A stretch of 64,000 nucleotides of DNA, from assembly GCA_963845245.1 (NCBI GenBank), contig CAWJRJ010000014.1, forward strand, positions 64,001 through 128,000, given 5' to 3'. A program made the position numbers and the translations under genes. How positions within the stretch are numbered: the stretch's first letter is position 1; every line of letters begins with the position of its first letter. Below, piece by piece: positions 22,863-34,106 of the stretch. The stretch comes from Nitrospirota bacterium. Its GTDB lineage: Bacteria > Nitrospirota > JACRHJ01. Below the pieces are notes generated by a model that was not told the DNA's origin, did no database searches, and saw only the letters and a list, made by a program, of their open reading frames with translations.

Positions 22863-23137
22863 CTACACTGGAGATCAAAAACACTATTTTCAAAATCCTG
22901 GGACAAATTGCGCCTGAGTCTGATTTCGACAAACTCTTGCCGGAAGAAAACCTGCGCGAGGCCCTGGATATAGATTCCTTCGATTTTCTGAATGTGGTTA
23001 TCGGGATCAGCAAGGAGTTGGGAGTTGATATCCCTGAATCAGACTATGGTAAAATCGGCTCACTTGCAGATATGATCAGCTACCTGTCAGAGAGAATCGG
23101 CCAAACACATAAAGTGATGTTGCTTCATATTCAATAA
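22859..23137 (+). CDS. Acyl carrier protein
   Basis: LDIDSFD phosphopantetheine Ser motif; overlaps the E2 stop codon. Confidence 0.85.
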   Translation: MTTLEIKNTIFKILGQIAPESDFDKLLPEENLREALDIDSFDFLNVVIGISKELGVDIPESDYGKIGSLADMISYLSERIGQTHKVMLLHIQ

Positions 23138-23165
23138 CGGGGTCTATGCATTCCGGAGGTGCACC

Positions 23166-23312
23166 ATGCAAAAATACGTAAGGTGGGGGTTGGGATTAGC
23201 GGCCGGTATGGTGGCGGGTATCGCCGTTTATAAGTTCATGAACCGGGAGCAGGGAGAGACCTTTGCAGCCACGCCACCATTTGCGGAAGCGGCCGAAAGC
23301 AGTGAAAATTAA
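23166..23312 (+). CDS. 48-aa single-TM small protein
   Basis: GGAGG RBS; MQKYVRWGLGLAAGMVAGIAVYKFMN... Confidence 0.55.
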   Translation: MQKYVRWGLGLAAGMVAGIAVYKFMNREQGETFAATPPFAEAAESSEN

Positions 23313-23372
23313 CAAAAATCGCAAGGGCGGATTTCTGGATTACAAATAACTATTACAGGTCAGGAGGCATAA

Positions 23373-23438
23373 ATGGCCAGAGTCACCCTGAGCGTCATAA
23401 AAGCCGCACGCGTCCGATTGAGGCAGCTATTTTCCTAA
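23373..23438 (+). pseudogene. Truncated N-terminus of class V FBP aldolase/phosphatase
   Basis: AGGAGG RBS, then MARVTLSVIKA, matching the TxSVIKAD start of that family; unrelated sequence after about 23406. Confidence 0.55.
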
Positions 23439-23487
23439 CGGACAGACCTGATGCCTGCATACATCACCGCCAAGACAGACTAGGTAA

Positions 23488-25310
<1,823 letters not shown>

Positions 25311-25316
25311 GCCGCT

Positions 25317-25598
25317 ATGCGCAGGAAAGACTTCCTGGCTTCAGTGAACAAGGAGTCGCGGCGGATTGAGGCATCCCGGGATGACAGGAAAGGGCTTTGG
25401 CATTATGTGGTGACCGCCACGTCCATAGGGTGGGTCCTCGTGTTGCCCGCCCTCGGTGGCGTATACCTGGGCAGGTGGCTCGACCGATTGTCTGGGAAGA
25501 GCGGCTTCTGGACCTTAAGCCTGATGCTAGTTGGGTTAGTGGCCGGGATATTCTGGGTGTGGTACACGAACTTCCGCAACGGTGGGGACAAGGTATGA
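25317..25598 (+). CDS. atpQ: AtpQ (AtpZ/AtpI-like) membrane subunit
   Basis: IGW...P...G..LG.WLD, two TM segments. Confidence 0.8.
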   Translation: MRRKDFLASVNKESRRIEASRDDRKGLWHYVVTATSIGWVLVLPALGGVYLGRWLDRLSGKSGFWTLSLMLVGLVAGIFWVWYTNFRNGGDKV

Positions 25599-26278
25599 AA
25601 CAGATCGCGCCGGAGATAATTTTTTCGGTGGGTCCGGTCGGAATCACTGACTCGGTGGTTATTACCTGGTGCGGGATGGCCGTTGCGATTGCGCTTGGAT
25701 ATGTCGCCGGGAGGAGGCTGACCCTTTATCCGCGCAAGTGGCAGAACTTGCTCGAGGCCGCAGTCGATGCCGTGAACTCCGCAATCGAGGAGGTCATGGA
25801 AAGGGACCCGTGGCCTTTTATGCCGGTCATATTCACCCTTTGGTTTTCAATCGGCGCAGCCAACCTGACCGGAATAGTGCCGGGGCTTATCTCGCCGACG
25901 AGGGATATTAGCACCGCCGCAGCGCTCGCAGCGCTCTCGTTCTTCTCCGTGCATTACTACGGCATCAGGTTCATGGGGCTGCGCAATTACATGAAGCACT
26001 ACTTCGAGCCGGTGTGGATACTCTTCCCGTTCCACATTATCAGCGAGTTATCGAGGACTCTTGCGCTGATGCTCAGGCTGTTCGGGAACATCATAAGCGG
26101 GGAGATGGTGGCCGGGGTGCTGCTTATTGTGGCGGGCTTTCTGGTCCCTGTACCTTTCGCGTTTCTAGAGGTGGTGGTCGCCATACTCCAGGCTTACATA
26201 TTCGGTATGCTCACGCTGATATTCATAGCGGCCGGCATAAAAACCATAGAATCCGAGAAAAGAAGGGAGGCATCCTGA
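25595..26278 (+). CDS. atpB: N-type ATPase a subunit
   Basis: [19 protein letters not shown]. Confidence 0.92.
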   Translation: MKQIAPEIIFSVGPVGITDSVVITWCGMAVAIALGYVAGRRLTLYPRKWQNLLEAAVDAVNSAIEEVMERDPWPFMPVIFTLWFSIGAANLTGIVPGLISPTRDISTAAALAALSFFSVHYYGIRFMGLRNYMKHYFEPVWILFPFHIISELSRTLALMLRLFGNIISGEMVAGVLLIVAGFLVPVPFAFLEVVVAILQAYIFGMLTLIFIAAGIKTIESEKRREAS

Positions 26279-26279
26279 A

Positions 26280-26546
26280 ATGGACCCCACTACATTGGTG
26301 GTTACTGTGTCGATAGCTGCAGCCGCGCTGGCAATTGCGCTTGGCGGGTACGGCCCGGCGAGGGCTGAGGGCGAGGCTGTAGCCAAGGCGATGGAAGCAA
26401 TCGCGAGGCAACCGGAGTCTTCCGGCCAGATAATGAGGACGCTTTTCGTTGGCTTGGCGTTTATTGAGGCAATAGCGATATATGCCCTGGTCATCGCCAT
26501 GGTCATCCTTTTTGCTAACCCATTGCTTGACTACTTGAAAAAATGA
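26280..26546 (+). CDS. atpE: N-type ATPase c subunit
   Basis: ARQPE loop, helix-1 Glu (AEG), IEAIAIY. Confidence 0.95.
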   Translation: MDPTTLVVTVSIAAAALAIALGGYGPARAEGEAVAKAMEAIARQPESSGQIMRTLFVGLAFIEAIAIYALVIAMVILFANPLLDYLKK

Positions 26547-27280
26547 AGCTAAATCTGACGACCTTCATATTTCAGATCATTAACTTCGTACTCCTGGCCT
26601 ATATCCTCCACCGGGTACTCTACAAACCGATCAGGGCCATAATGGAAAAGCGCAAGAGACTTGTCATGGAGGACGTGGACCGCGCCCTTCGCATGAAGGA
26701 GGACGCGATAACTATAAAGGAGAAGTATGAACGGTTGACGGGCGAGGCGGAGGTGTTCAGGAAGAAGGAGATGGAAAAAGCTATTGAACATGCGGAAGAG
26801 ACAAAAAAGTTGATAATGGAGAAGGCGGTTCGAGAGGCAGAGGCCGAGAAGGAGAAGGCCCGCGCGGTGATAGAGAACGAAAGGATCGAGAAAACGGCCT
26901 CGCTGAGGAAGGACGCGGTGGAAATAAGCTCGGAGCTGGCCGCGCGACTCCTCGTGCCACTTGCGGATGAAACCCTCCACAAGAGGTTGGTAGAGCTGAT
27001 GCTGCGGGAACTGGAGGAGCGTCCGCCTGCCGCGCCCGCCTACGACAAAGATGGCGCAAAGGCGTCCGTCGTGTCGGCGTTTCATTTGAACGATCCGGAG
27101 TTCCGGAGCATCGAGACTCTTCTGAAGGACTACGGCGGGCCTTCGCTTTCAATAGAGTGGAAGGTAGATCCTGAGCTTATCGCAGGCGTTAGGATCTGGC
27201 TGGACGGGCTGGTGTTCGACGGATCGCTAAAGGGGCAGCTTGCAGCTTTCAGGGAGCGCGCCTTGAAAGCGGTTGATTGA
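26543..27280 (+). CDS. atpF: N-type ATPase b subunit with delta-like C-terminus
   Basis: FQIINF..L...LYKP, coiled coil, VDPELIAG. Confidence 0.9.
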   Translation: MKLNLTTFIFQIINFVLLAYILHRVLYKPIRAIMEKRKRLVMEDVDRALRMKEDAITIKEKYERLTGEAEVFRKKEMEKAIEHAEETKKLIMEKAVREAEAEKEKARAVIENERIEKTASLRKDAVEISSELAARLLVPLADETLHKRLVELMLRELEERPPAAPAYDKDGAKASVVSAFHLNDPEFRSIETLLKDYGGPSLSIEWKVDPELIAGVRIWLDGLVFDGSLKGQLAAFRERALKAVD

Positions 27281-28826
27281 TATGGAAGACGTAATTGGCA
27301 GGTTAAAGGTTGCGGCGGCGGCTACGACCTTGGGAGTCATCAGGCAGTACGAGGGAGTCGTGCTCTCGGTAGGGGACGGCATCGCCGCAATCAGCGGACT
27401 TCAAGACGCAGGGCTGTACGAGCTTCTGGAGTTTCCAGGCGGTGTACGGGGTGTAGCGTTCGACTTGGAGCCAAGGGTTATAAATGTAGTGCTCCTTGAC
27501 TGCGCCGAGGGCGTCGGGACAGGCGACCCCGTAAGGCTCACGGGCAGGACACTTTCCGTGCCGGTCGGAGAAGGCTTCATAGGCAGGGTTATAAACCCGC
27601 TCGGCAGGCCGCTTGACGGGCTTGCGCCTCCCGATGTCGCAAACTACTATCCTCTCGAACGAACCGCTCCAGGCATTGTAAAAAGGGATTTCGTCTCCCA
27701 GCCGGTTTACACCGGCATCCGCGCTATCGACTCCATGGTGCCCATAGGCAGGGGGCAGCGCGAACTGGTCGCAGGCGACAGCACCACCGGCAAAACGTCA
27801 ATCGCACTCGACACCATAATCAACCAGAAGGGCAAGGACCTGCTCTGCGTCTACGTGGCGATCGGCCAGAAGTCATCCACCACACTGAGGGTCCTGGAAC
27901 ACCTAAGGATGTATGATGCGATGGACCATACGGTGATGGTATGTGCCGGGGCGGACACGCCGCTCGGCTTGCAGTACATTGCTCCTTATGCGGGCTGCGC
28001 AATCGCCGAGTTCTTCTTCGACAAGGGGAAAGACGTGCTCGTAGTCTATGATGACCTTACAAGACACGCGGAGGCGTACCGCTCTTTGTCGCTGCTGCTC
28101 CGCAGGCCGCCGGGGAGGGAGGCCTACCCCGGAGACATATTCTTCCTGCACTCCCGCTTGCTTGAACGTTCAGCAAAGCTCGCCAGCCGGTACGGTGGCG
28201 CTTCTATAACTGCTATCCCAATTGTAGAGACCCAGTCCGGCAGGATCTCCAGCTATATCCCGACAAACCTCATATCCATTACCGACGGGCAGATATATCT
28301 TGACGCCGAGCTTTTCGACAAGGGTATACTTCCCGCCATAGACCTCCGCAAATCGGTATCAAGGGTGGGCGGCAAGGCCCAGACGCAGCCGATGCGCGAT
28401 GTGGCAGCAAGGCTTAAAATCGAGTACGAGCGTTTCCTTGAGGTCGAGGTCTTCACGAAGTTTGGAGCAAAGCTCGACAAGGAGACGGTCTCCGCGCTGA
28501 GACGCGGTGAAAGACTCAGGGAAGTCTTGAAACAGGGCAGGTTCATGCCGATGCCGGTAGAGGAGCAGGTATGCGTCTTTTATGCCCACGGGCAGGGCTA
28601 CCTTGACCAGTTGAAACTGGGAGAGGCCTGGCCATTCCTTCAGATATACCTGAGCAAACTGCGCCTCCAGCAGCCCGACCTGCTGGATGACATCAGGCTT
28701 GGAATGACGCTTTCCACGAAGATGAAGGCAAGGCTTGACAAGACGCTCAAAAGGATGACCATTAAAAGGGGGACAGGCGCTGATGATCTCCAGCAGGGAA
28801 CTGGAACTAAAGACCAAAAGCTATAA
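27273..28826 (+). CDS. atpA: N-type ATPase alpha subunit
   Basis: GDSTTGKT, RRPPGREAYPGD, SVSRVGG. Confidence 0.95.
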   Translation: MIDMEDVIGRLKVAAAATTLGVIRQYEGVVLSVGDGIAAISGLQDAGLYELLEFPGGVRGVAFDLEPRVINVVLLDCAEGVGTGDPVRLTGRTLSVPVGEGFIGRVINPLGRPLDGLAPPDVANYYPLERTAPGIVKRDFVSQPVYTGIRAIDSMVPIGRGQRELVAGDSTTGKTSIALDTIINQKGKDLLCVYVAIGQKSSTTLRVLEHLRMYDAMDHTVMVCAGADTPLGLQYIAPYAGCAIAEFFFDKGKDVLVVYDDLTRHAEAYRSLSLLLRRPPGREAYPGDIFFLHSRLLERSAKLASRYGGASITAIPIVETQSGRISSYIPTNLISITDGQIYLDAELFDKGILPAIDLRKSVSRVGGKAQTQPMRDVAARLKIEYERFLEVEVFTKFGAKLDKETVSALRRGERLREVLKQGRFMPMPVEEQVCVFYAHGQGYLDQLKLGEAWPFLQIYLSKLRLQQPDLLDDIRLGMTLSTKMKARLDKTLKRMTIKRGTGADDLQQGTGTKDQKL

Positions 28827-29650
28827 GTCCATCCTCGGGATAGTGAAGGCGATGAAGGCCCTTTCAGCGGCCAACGTGCGGAAGGGATCGTCTACGCTCG
28901 GGTATACACGCCGTTACAGGGAGTTCATAGATTCGTCTGTCTCGCTTGCCGCAACATTTCCGGGCGTAAGCATATCCGTCCTAGGCAGGAGGAAGCTCCT
29001 TGTGGCGTTCGGTTCGCAGTACGGGCTGTGCGGCGCGTTCAACGAACGGGTGCTTGAGGCTAGTGGCTGAGGCCGAGGAAGAGCTCGGTGAAGTGGTCGG
29101 GCTCGTGCTGGTGGGGAGGCGTTTTGCGGACCTTGCCCTGGACGCTTACAAGGACGTGCCTGGAAAACCTGTGGAGGTTGTCGAGGCGCCCGGTTCCGTG
29201 GAGGGCCTTGCGGAAACCATTAACGTACTTTTGGAGACCCTTTACATAAAATACAAAAACGACGATTTCGACGAAATGTACTTTGTTTTCCCTAGTTTTG
29301 TAAACGACGCCCTTTTGCTCCAGAGGAAGGTTGCCCTGCCTCCGCAGTTTACACGTCAAGAGGACGGCACCGAACCCCCGCTTCTTTATATACCTCCTTC
29401 CGAGGTGGTTGAAGGGCTAGTGGAGGAATACCTCTATGTGAACCTTTTTTCAACCGCACTTGAGACAGTGATAGCCGAGAACGAAAGCCGCATGAGGAGT
29501 ATGGACTACGCACAGCGAAGCATAAAGAAAAAGGTGGAGGAGCTTGCATCCTCTTACAACTATGCCCTGCAGGAGGAAATAACGGGCGAGCTTTTGGAGA
29601 TAATAGGCGGGTACGAGGCATTAAGAGAAGCCGGGCACAGCGGGGGTTGA
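28783..29650 (+). CDS. atpG: N-type ATPase gamma subunit, +1 frameshift near 29062
   Basis: IVKAMKALSA and GLCGAFN in the first frame; ENESRM..M and QEEITGELLEI in the second. Confidence 0.88.
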
Positions 29651-29788
29651 AAATTATCAATTTCTAAATGTTTAATTATCAGGGCAGGCTTGAGACGTTG
29701 TTCCTTGCGATGCCTTTTTCTGGGTATACAATGACCGCCTAAAAAGGTTTTGAGGATGACGGATTCGCTTAAAATAGCGTCTGTCTAC

Positions 29789-29863
29789 ATTCAGTCCGCT
29801 AAAGTACGTCAAAATTCAGTTAAAATCGACATGTATTGCGAAAGATTTGCGAAAGTCTGGGGG
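29789..29863. repeat. Third, partial copy of the left arm (no tRNA core)
   Basis: Aligns ungapped to 7160-7234, including both TTGCGAAAG repeats. Confidence 0.88.
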
Positions 29864-29944
29864 AGATCAATAGCAATATTTAGATTTTCATCGGGTATAG
29901 AGTGGGGCTCTCAATGAGAGGATCAAGGTTTTTCGCCTGTGCTG

Positions 29945-29998
29945 TTGCGAAAGCCCCTTGACCCTCTGTTGTAACCGATTGATTTTTCAGTGTAGATT
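29945..29998. repeat. Right arm adjoining the intact tRNA
   Basis: TTGCGAAAGCCCCT...TAACCGATTGATTTT as at 16993-17034. Confidence 0.85.
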
Positions 29999-30072
29999 TG
30001 GCTGGGGGACAGGGATTCGAACCCCAGTAAGCAGATTCAGAGACTGCTGTCCTACCACTAGACGATCCCCCA
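29999..30072 (-). tRNA. tRNA-Gln(CTG)
   Basis: TGGGGGATCGTCTAGTGGTAGGAC...CTCTGAA loop...GTTCGAATCC...CCA, 74 nt. Confidence 0.95.
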
Positions 30073-30085
30073 ATATGAGAACGCT

Positions 30086-30114
30086 ATAATAGCCAAATAC
30101 AAAGAGGCTGTCAA
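30086..30114 (-). promoter_or_regulatory. Sigma-70 promoter of tRNA-Gln
   Basis: TTGACA-N17-TATTAT on the minus strand. Confidence 0.75.
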
Positions 30115-30125
30115 GCGTGTTTTTA

Positions 30126-31553
30126 CTAGGCCTTGATGCCTGAAACGGCCTTTTTCAGCCGCGCGAGGCTCCTGTCCCTGCCGAGAATCAACAGCACGTC
30201 GTATATGCCGGGGCTCACCGTGCCGCCCGTGAGGGCCACGCGCACCGGCTGGGCCACCTTGCCCATCTTCAGTCCGGTCTCCTCCATCACCCCGTGGAAG
30301 ACCTTCTCCAACGCCTCGTGGGTGAACTCCGCAGCCTCGATCTGGTCTATCAGCTTCTCCAGCACCGGCTTTATCTCGGGTGTGAGGAACTTCTCAGCGG
30401 ATTTAGGGTCGAGTTCCACTCCCTCGCCGAAGAAGTACGTCGAAGACTCCACCAGCTCCACGAGGGTGTAGCTCTTCTCCCTCTGCGCAAGGACCAGCTT
30501 TACCAGCCAGCCCATGTCGGGCCGCTCGGTTATGAGGCCCGCCTGCTCAAGCAGAGGCACAATAAGCTCCGCTATCTCCATAGGCTCCCTCTGGTTTATC
30601 CAGTGGTGGTTTATCCACTTGAGCTTGTCCGGGTTGAATACGGCGGCGGACGAGGATATGTTGTCCAGAGTGAAATGCTCCACCATCTCCTGCATCGAGA
30701 ATATCTCCTGGTCCCCGTGCGACCAGCCCATGCGGACGAGGTAGTTCACCATGGCCTCGGGCAGATAGCCCATGGTCTTATACTCCATTATGGAGGTGGC
30801 GCCGTGCCGCTTACTAAGGCGCGCCTTGTCCGGCCCGAGTATCATGGAGAGGTGGCCGAACTCGGGCGTGGCATAGCCCAGCGCCTCGTACATCTGGATC
30901 TGGCGCGGCGTGTTGTTCAAGTGGTCGTCCCCGCGCAGCACGTGCGTTATCCCCATAGTGGCGTCGTCCACCACCACGACGAAGTTGTACGTCGGGTAGC
31001 CGTCCGTGCGCATTATTATCAGGTCGTCCATCACCGAGTTGTCGAAGGTGACAGTGCCCTTTATCAGGTCGTTGACGACCGTCTTGCCATCATCGCTTGA
31101 CTTGAACCGTATGACGGCTGTCCTCCCCTCCGGCGCGTGGTCTAAGCCCAGGCATTTCCTGTCATACTTCGGCGGACGCCCGGCGGCCATGGCCTCCTTC
31201 CTCCGCTCTTCTAATTCTTCCGGAGTGCAGTAGCATTTGTAGGCGCGGCCTGAGGCCAGGAGCTTCTCGACGTGTTCCCTGTAAATATCCAGTCGCTCGG
31301 TTTGTCTGTATGGCCCGTGCGGGCCGCCCACGCCGGGGCCCTCGTCGTAGTCCATGCCGCACCACTCCATGCCGTCGAGGATAGCCTTTATCGACTCGTC
31401 GGTGGAGCGGGTCTGGTCGGTGTCCTCTATCCTGAGGATAAACGTGCCCTTGTAGTGCCGTGCATAAAGCCAGTTGAAAAGCGCCGTCCTGACGCCGCCT
31501 ATATGTAGGTATCCTGTAGGCGATGGGGCGAAGCGTACACGTACGTTGCTCAT
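30126..31553 (-). CDS. gltX: Glutamate--tRNA ligase
   Basis: RFAPSPTG, HIGG, LSKRH. Confidence 0.96.
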   Translation of the reverse strand: MSNVRVRFAPSPTGYLHIGGVRTALFNWLYARHYKGTFILRIEDTDQTRSTDESIKAILDGMEWCGMDYDEGPGVGGPHGPYRQTERLDIYREHVEKLLASGRAYKCYCTPEELEERRKEAMAAGRPPKYDRKCLGLDHAPEGRTAVIRFKSSDDGKTVVNDLIKGTVTFDNSVMDDLIIMRTDGYPTYNFVVVVDDATMGITHVLRGDDHLNNTPRQIQMYEALGYATPEFGHLSMILGPDKARLSKRHGATSIMEYKTMGYLPEAMVNYLVRMGWSHGDQEIFSMQEMVEHFTLDNISSSAAVFNPDKLKWINHHWINQREPMEIAELIVPLLEQAGLITERPDMGWLVKLVLAQREKSYTLVELVESSTYFFGEGVELDPKSAEKFLTPEIKPVLEKLIDQIEAAEFTHEALEKVFHGVMEETGLKMGKVAQPVRVALTGGTVSPGIYDVLLILGRDRSLARLKKAVSGIKA

Positions 31554-31661
31554 TTGTGGTATTTCCTCCGTTTGCTATAAAAAGTAAAAACAAAGTATAA
31601 TAAAAATAACCCTTTAAATAAAGAGTTATTTCCAGGGCCGGGGATTTATCTTGATTTAGGC

Positions 31662-31690
31662 TTGACTTTAAAAATCAAGTCTGGGATAAT
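31662..31690 (+). promoter_or_regulatory. Sigma-70 promoter of the CAT tRNA
   Basis: TTGACT-N17-GATAAT. Confidence 0.7.
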
Positions 31691-31709
31691 ACCAACCTCT
31701 TGATAACAA

Positions 31710-31785
31710 GGGCCTATAGCTCAGTTGGTAGAGCTCCCGGCTCATAACCGGATTGTCCCAGGTTCGAATCCTGGTGGGCCCACCA
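31710..31785 (+). tRNA. tRNA with CAT anticodon, probably tRNA-Ile2 (lysidine)
   Basis: GGGCCTATAGCTCAG...CCGG-CTCATAA-CCGG...GTTCGAATCC...GGGCCCACCA, 76 nt; lacks the initiator GGG/CCC anticodon stem. Confidence 0.9.
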
Positions 31786-31922
31786 GTTCATTCCTTGTTA
31801 TACATAGTTGCTGAGGTGGACCAGGATGAGGCCAACACGGCCAGGTAGTTGCAGGGAAAAGTACAATATACATAAGAAAAGGCAAGGGAGTTCCGCTCAG
31901 GGTCCCTGCCATCAAAACACAT

Positions 31923-31956
31923 GATGCACCCGCAAAACGGGTGCATCTTTTTTTTT
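31923..31956 (+). terminator. Rho-independent terminator
   Basis: GATGCACCCG-caaaa-CGGGTGCATC plus T-run. Confidence 0.85.
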
Positions 31957-31963
31957 GGAAAAC

Positions 31964-32767
31964 ATGCCAAAACTTAAAGAAATCATAGAGCTGGTCGAAA
32001 GGGTCGCACCGCCGTTCCTTGCGGAGGAATGGGATAACTCCGGCCTGCAGGTCGGCGACCCGTCTGCTTCAATATCATCCGTGCTCATCGCGCTCGACCC
32101 TGTACGTGAAGTGGTGGAAGAGGCGAGAAATATCGGCGCGGGCCTTCTGATAACGCACCACCCGTTCTTCTTCAGCCCGGTAAGGTCCCTGGACCTCTCA
32201 AAGGGGCAGGGCGCACTGCTGAACATTGCCATGCGAGAGGGCATCGCCATATATAGCGCCCATACAAGCCTCGACAAGGCCAGGCCGGGTGTGAGCGACG
32301 CCCTTGCAGGGATATTGGGGTTAAAGAAGACCGGCCCGATCGAACAGGACCTGGGCTGGCCATCCGGTATTGGACTGGGGCGTGTAGGCGACCTTCCGAA
32401 GAAAATGAGCTTAAGGGAACTAGCGCTTAAGCTTAAAAAGGCACTGGGTTCCGACGGGCTGAGGCTCATGGGCGACCCTGAAAGGCTTGTCAAGCGGGTT
32501 GCGGTCTGCGGTGGCAGCGGCGCAGGGCTTATTGACGCCGCATTGGCCGCAGGGGCGGAAGCCTATATTACAGGCGACATAAAGTATCACGAAGCGCTTT
32601 ATGTATCTGAGGCAGGCTTGGCCCTCATGGACGCCGGTCATTTTTATACCGAGAGGTATTGTCTGGACTGGTTTGCGAAGGCCCTTAAAGGGTTGTTCAA
32701 TGAAGCAGGCTTCAGGATAAAGGTTGAGGTTAGCGGGGTGCAGTCCGGGCCCTGGATGGATTTATAA
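31964..32767 (+). CDS. Nif3-like dinuclear metal center protein
   Basis: WDNSGL, THHP, HTSLD, DAGH..TE. Confidence 0.92.
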   Translation: MPKLKEIIELVERVAPPFLAEEWDNSGLQVGDPSASISSVLIALDPVREVVEEARNIGAGLLITHHPFFFSPVRSLDLSKGQGALLNIAMREGIAIYSAHTSLDKARPGVSDALAGILGLKKTGPIEQDLGWPSGIGLGRVGDLPKKMSLRELALKLKKALGSDGLRLMGDPERLVKRVAVCGGSGAGLIDAALAAGAEAYITGDIKYHEALYVSEAGLALMDAGHFYTERYCLDWFAKALKGLFNEAGFRIKVEVSGVQSGPWMDL

Positions 32768-32781
32768 GGGAGGGGTAACAA

Positions 32782-33516
32782 ATGGTAGGCACAGGAGGGG
32801 ACGTGTTGGAAGACATCAAGATTCTTGTAGGGTTGCAGGAGAACGATACCGAAATGTATCAGTTGGAGAAGAACAGGCAGAGGCTGCCCAGGCTGGTGGC
32901 GCTTGCCAGGGAGACACTCGATAACGTCGAGGCTGAGATGAACGCGGCCAAGGCTGCGCTTGATGCGGCAAATGCCGGGAAACGCGATGTCGAGAGCGAG
33001 CTTCAGACGGAAGCAGTGCACCTGGAGAAGCTGAAGGCGCGCAGTTCCGAGATAAAGAACAACAAAGAGTACTTCGCCCACCTGAAAGAGATAGAGGACT
33101 GCCAGAAGAAAATAGCGAAGATGGAAGAAACCTCTCTTGAGTTTATGGAAAAGGTCGAGAAGGCTGAGGCCGAGCTTGCGGAAAAGAAGAAGCTCTTCGA
33201 AGAGGAAGAGGTCAGGTTCTCCGAGTCCAAGACGAACATAGAGAAGAGGTTCGTGGACGGCGACATAAGGATTGCCGAGCTTAAGGCCAAAAGGGCGGAG
33301 ATCATCCCTATGCTCACCAAAGAAGTGTTCGACTACTACGAGTTGAACAGGGAGAGGTACCCGGATTCGGTTGTGGTCGAGGCGGCTGACGGGCTTTGCA
33401 CGGGCTGCAGGTTGATGTTGCCCCCTCAGATATTCAACAACGTAAGGAAAGGCGAGACCATAGTCAAGTGCAATAACTGCCGCCGTATCCTGTTCTATAA
33501 AGAAAAAATCGGGTGA
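32782..33516 (+). CDS. Coiled-coil C4-type zinc ribbon protein
   Basis: CTGC...CNNCRRIL. Confidence 0.88.
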   Translation: MVGTGGDVLEDIKILVGLQENDTEMYQLEKNRQRLPRLVALARETLDNVEAEMNAAKAALDAANAGKRDVESELQTEAVHLEKLKARSSEIKNNKEYFAHLKEIEDCQKKIAKMEETSLEFMEKVEKAEAELAEKKKLFEEEEVRFSESKTNIEKRFVDGDIRIAELKAKRAEIIPMLTKEVFDYYELNRERYPDSVVVEAADGLCTGCRLMLPPQIFNNVRKGETIVKCNNCRRILFYKEKIG

Positions 33517-34106
33517 CCTTGAAAAAATCCGAACTGCTGGAGTCCTTCTCAAAACACTTGAGTGTCGAGAGGCTTTTGTCCGATAACCCCGGCCTGACAA
33601 AGGAAATGTTCTCAGCCCTGCTGAAGGAAACAGCCGGGGCTGTCGGCCACGGTATGATCCATAAAGCTCCAGCCCCCGCAGCCTCTCCAAAAAGAGGCGG
33701 AGCGGGGCGGCTTCGGATGTTCACCGACGGCGCCTCGAGGGGCAACCCCGGTGAGGCGGGCATAGGAGTCCTGATAGAGGATGAGAGCGGTCACATAGTA
33801 AAAAAGCTCGCCCGCTACCTGGGGAAGGCCACGAACAACCAGGCGGAGTATACCGCGCTCATCGACGGCCTGAAGGCCGCAGCCGAACTCGGCGCAGACG
33901 AAATATCCGTCTTCGCCGACTCCGAACTCGTCGTCAAACAGATGAAGGGCGAGTATAAGGTAAAAAACGCCGACCTCCAGGAAAAGCATGGAGAGGCAAA
34001 GAGGGTTGCGTCAGGCTTCAAAAAAGCCAGCTATACTTACATCCCGAGAGAGAAGAACAAAGAGGCCGACGCACTGGCAAACGAGGCGATAGACAAGAGA
34101 CTGTGA
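33513..34106 (+). CDS. rnhA: Ribonuclease HI with N-terminal extension
   Basis: DGASRGNPG, TNNQAEY, DSELVV, NKEADALAN. Confidence 0.9.
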   Translation: MTLKKSELLESFSKHLSVERLLSDNPGLTKEMFSALLKETAGAVGHGMIHKAPAPAASPKRGGAGRLRMFTDGASRGNPGEAGIGVLIEDESGHIVKKLARYLGKATNNQAEYTALIDGLKAAAELGADEISVFADSELVVKQMKGEYKVKNADLQEKHGEAKRVASGFKKASYTYIPREKNKEADALANEAIDKRL

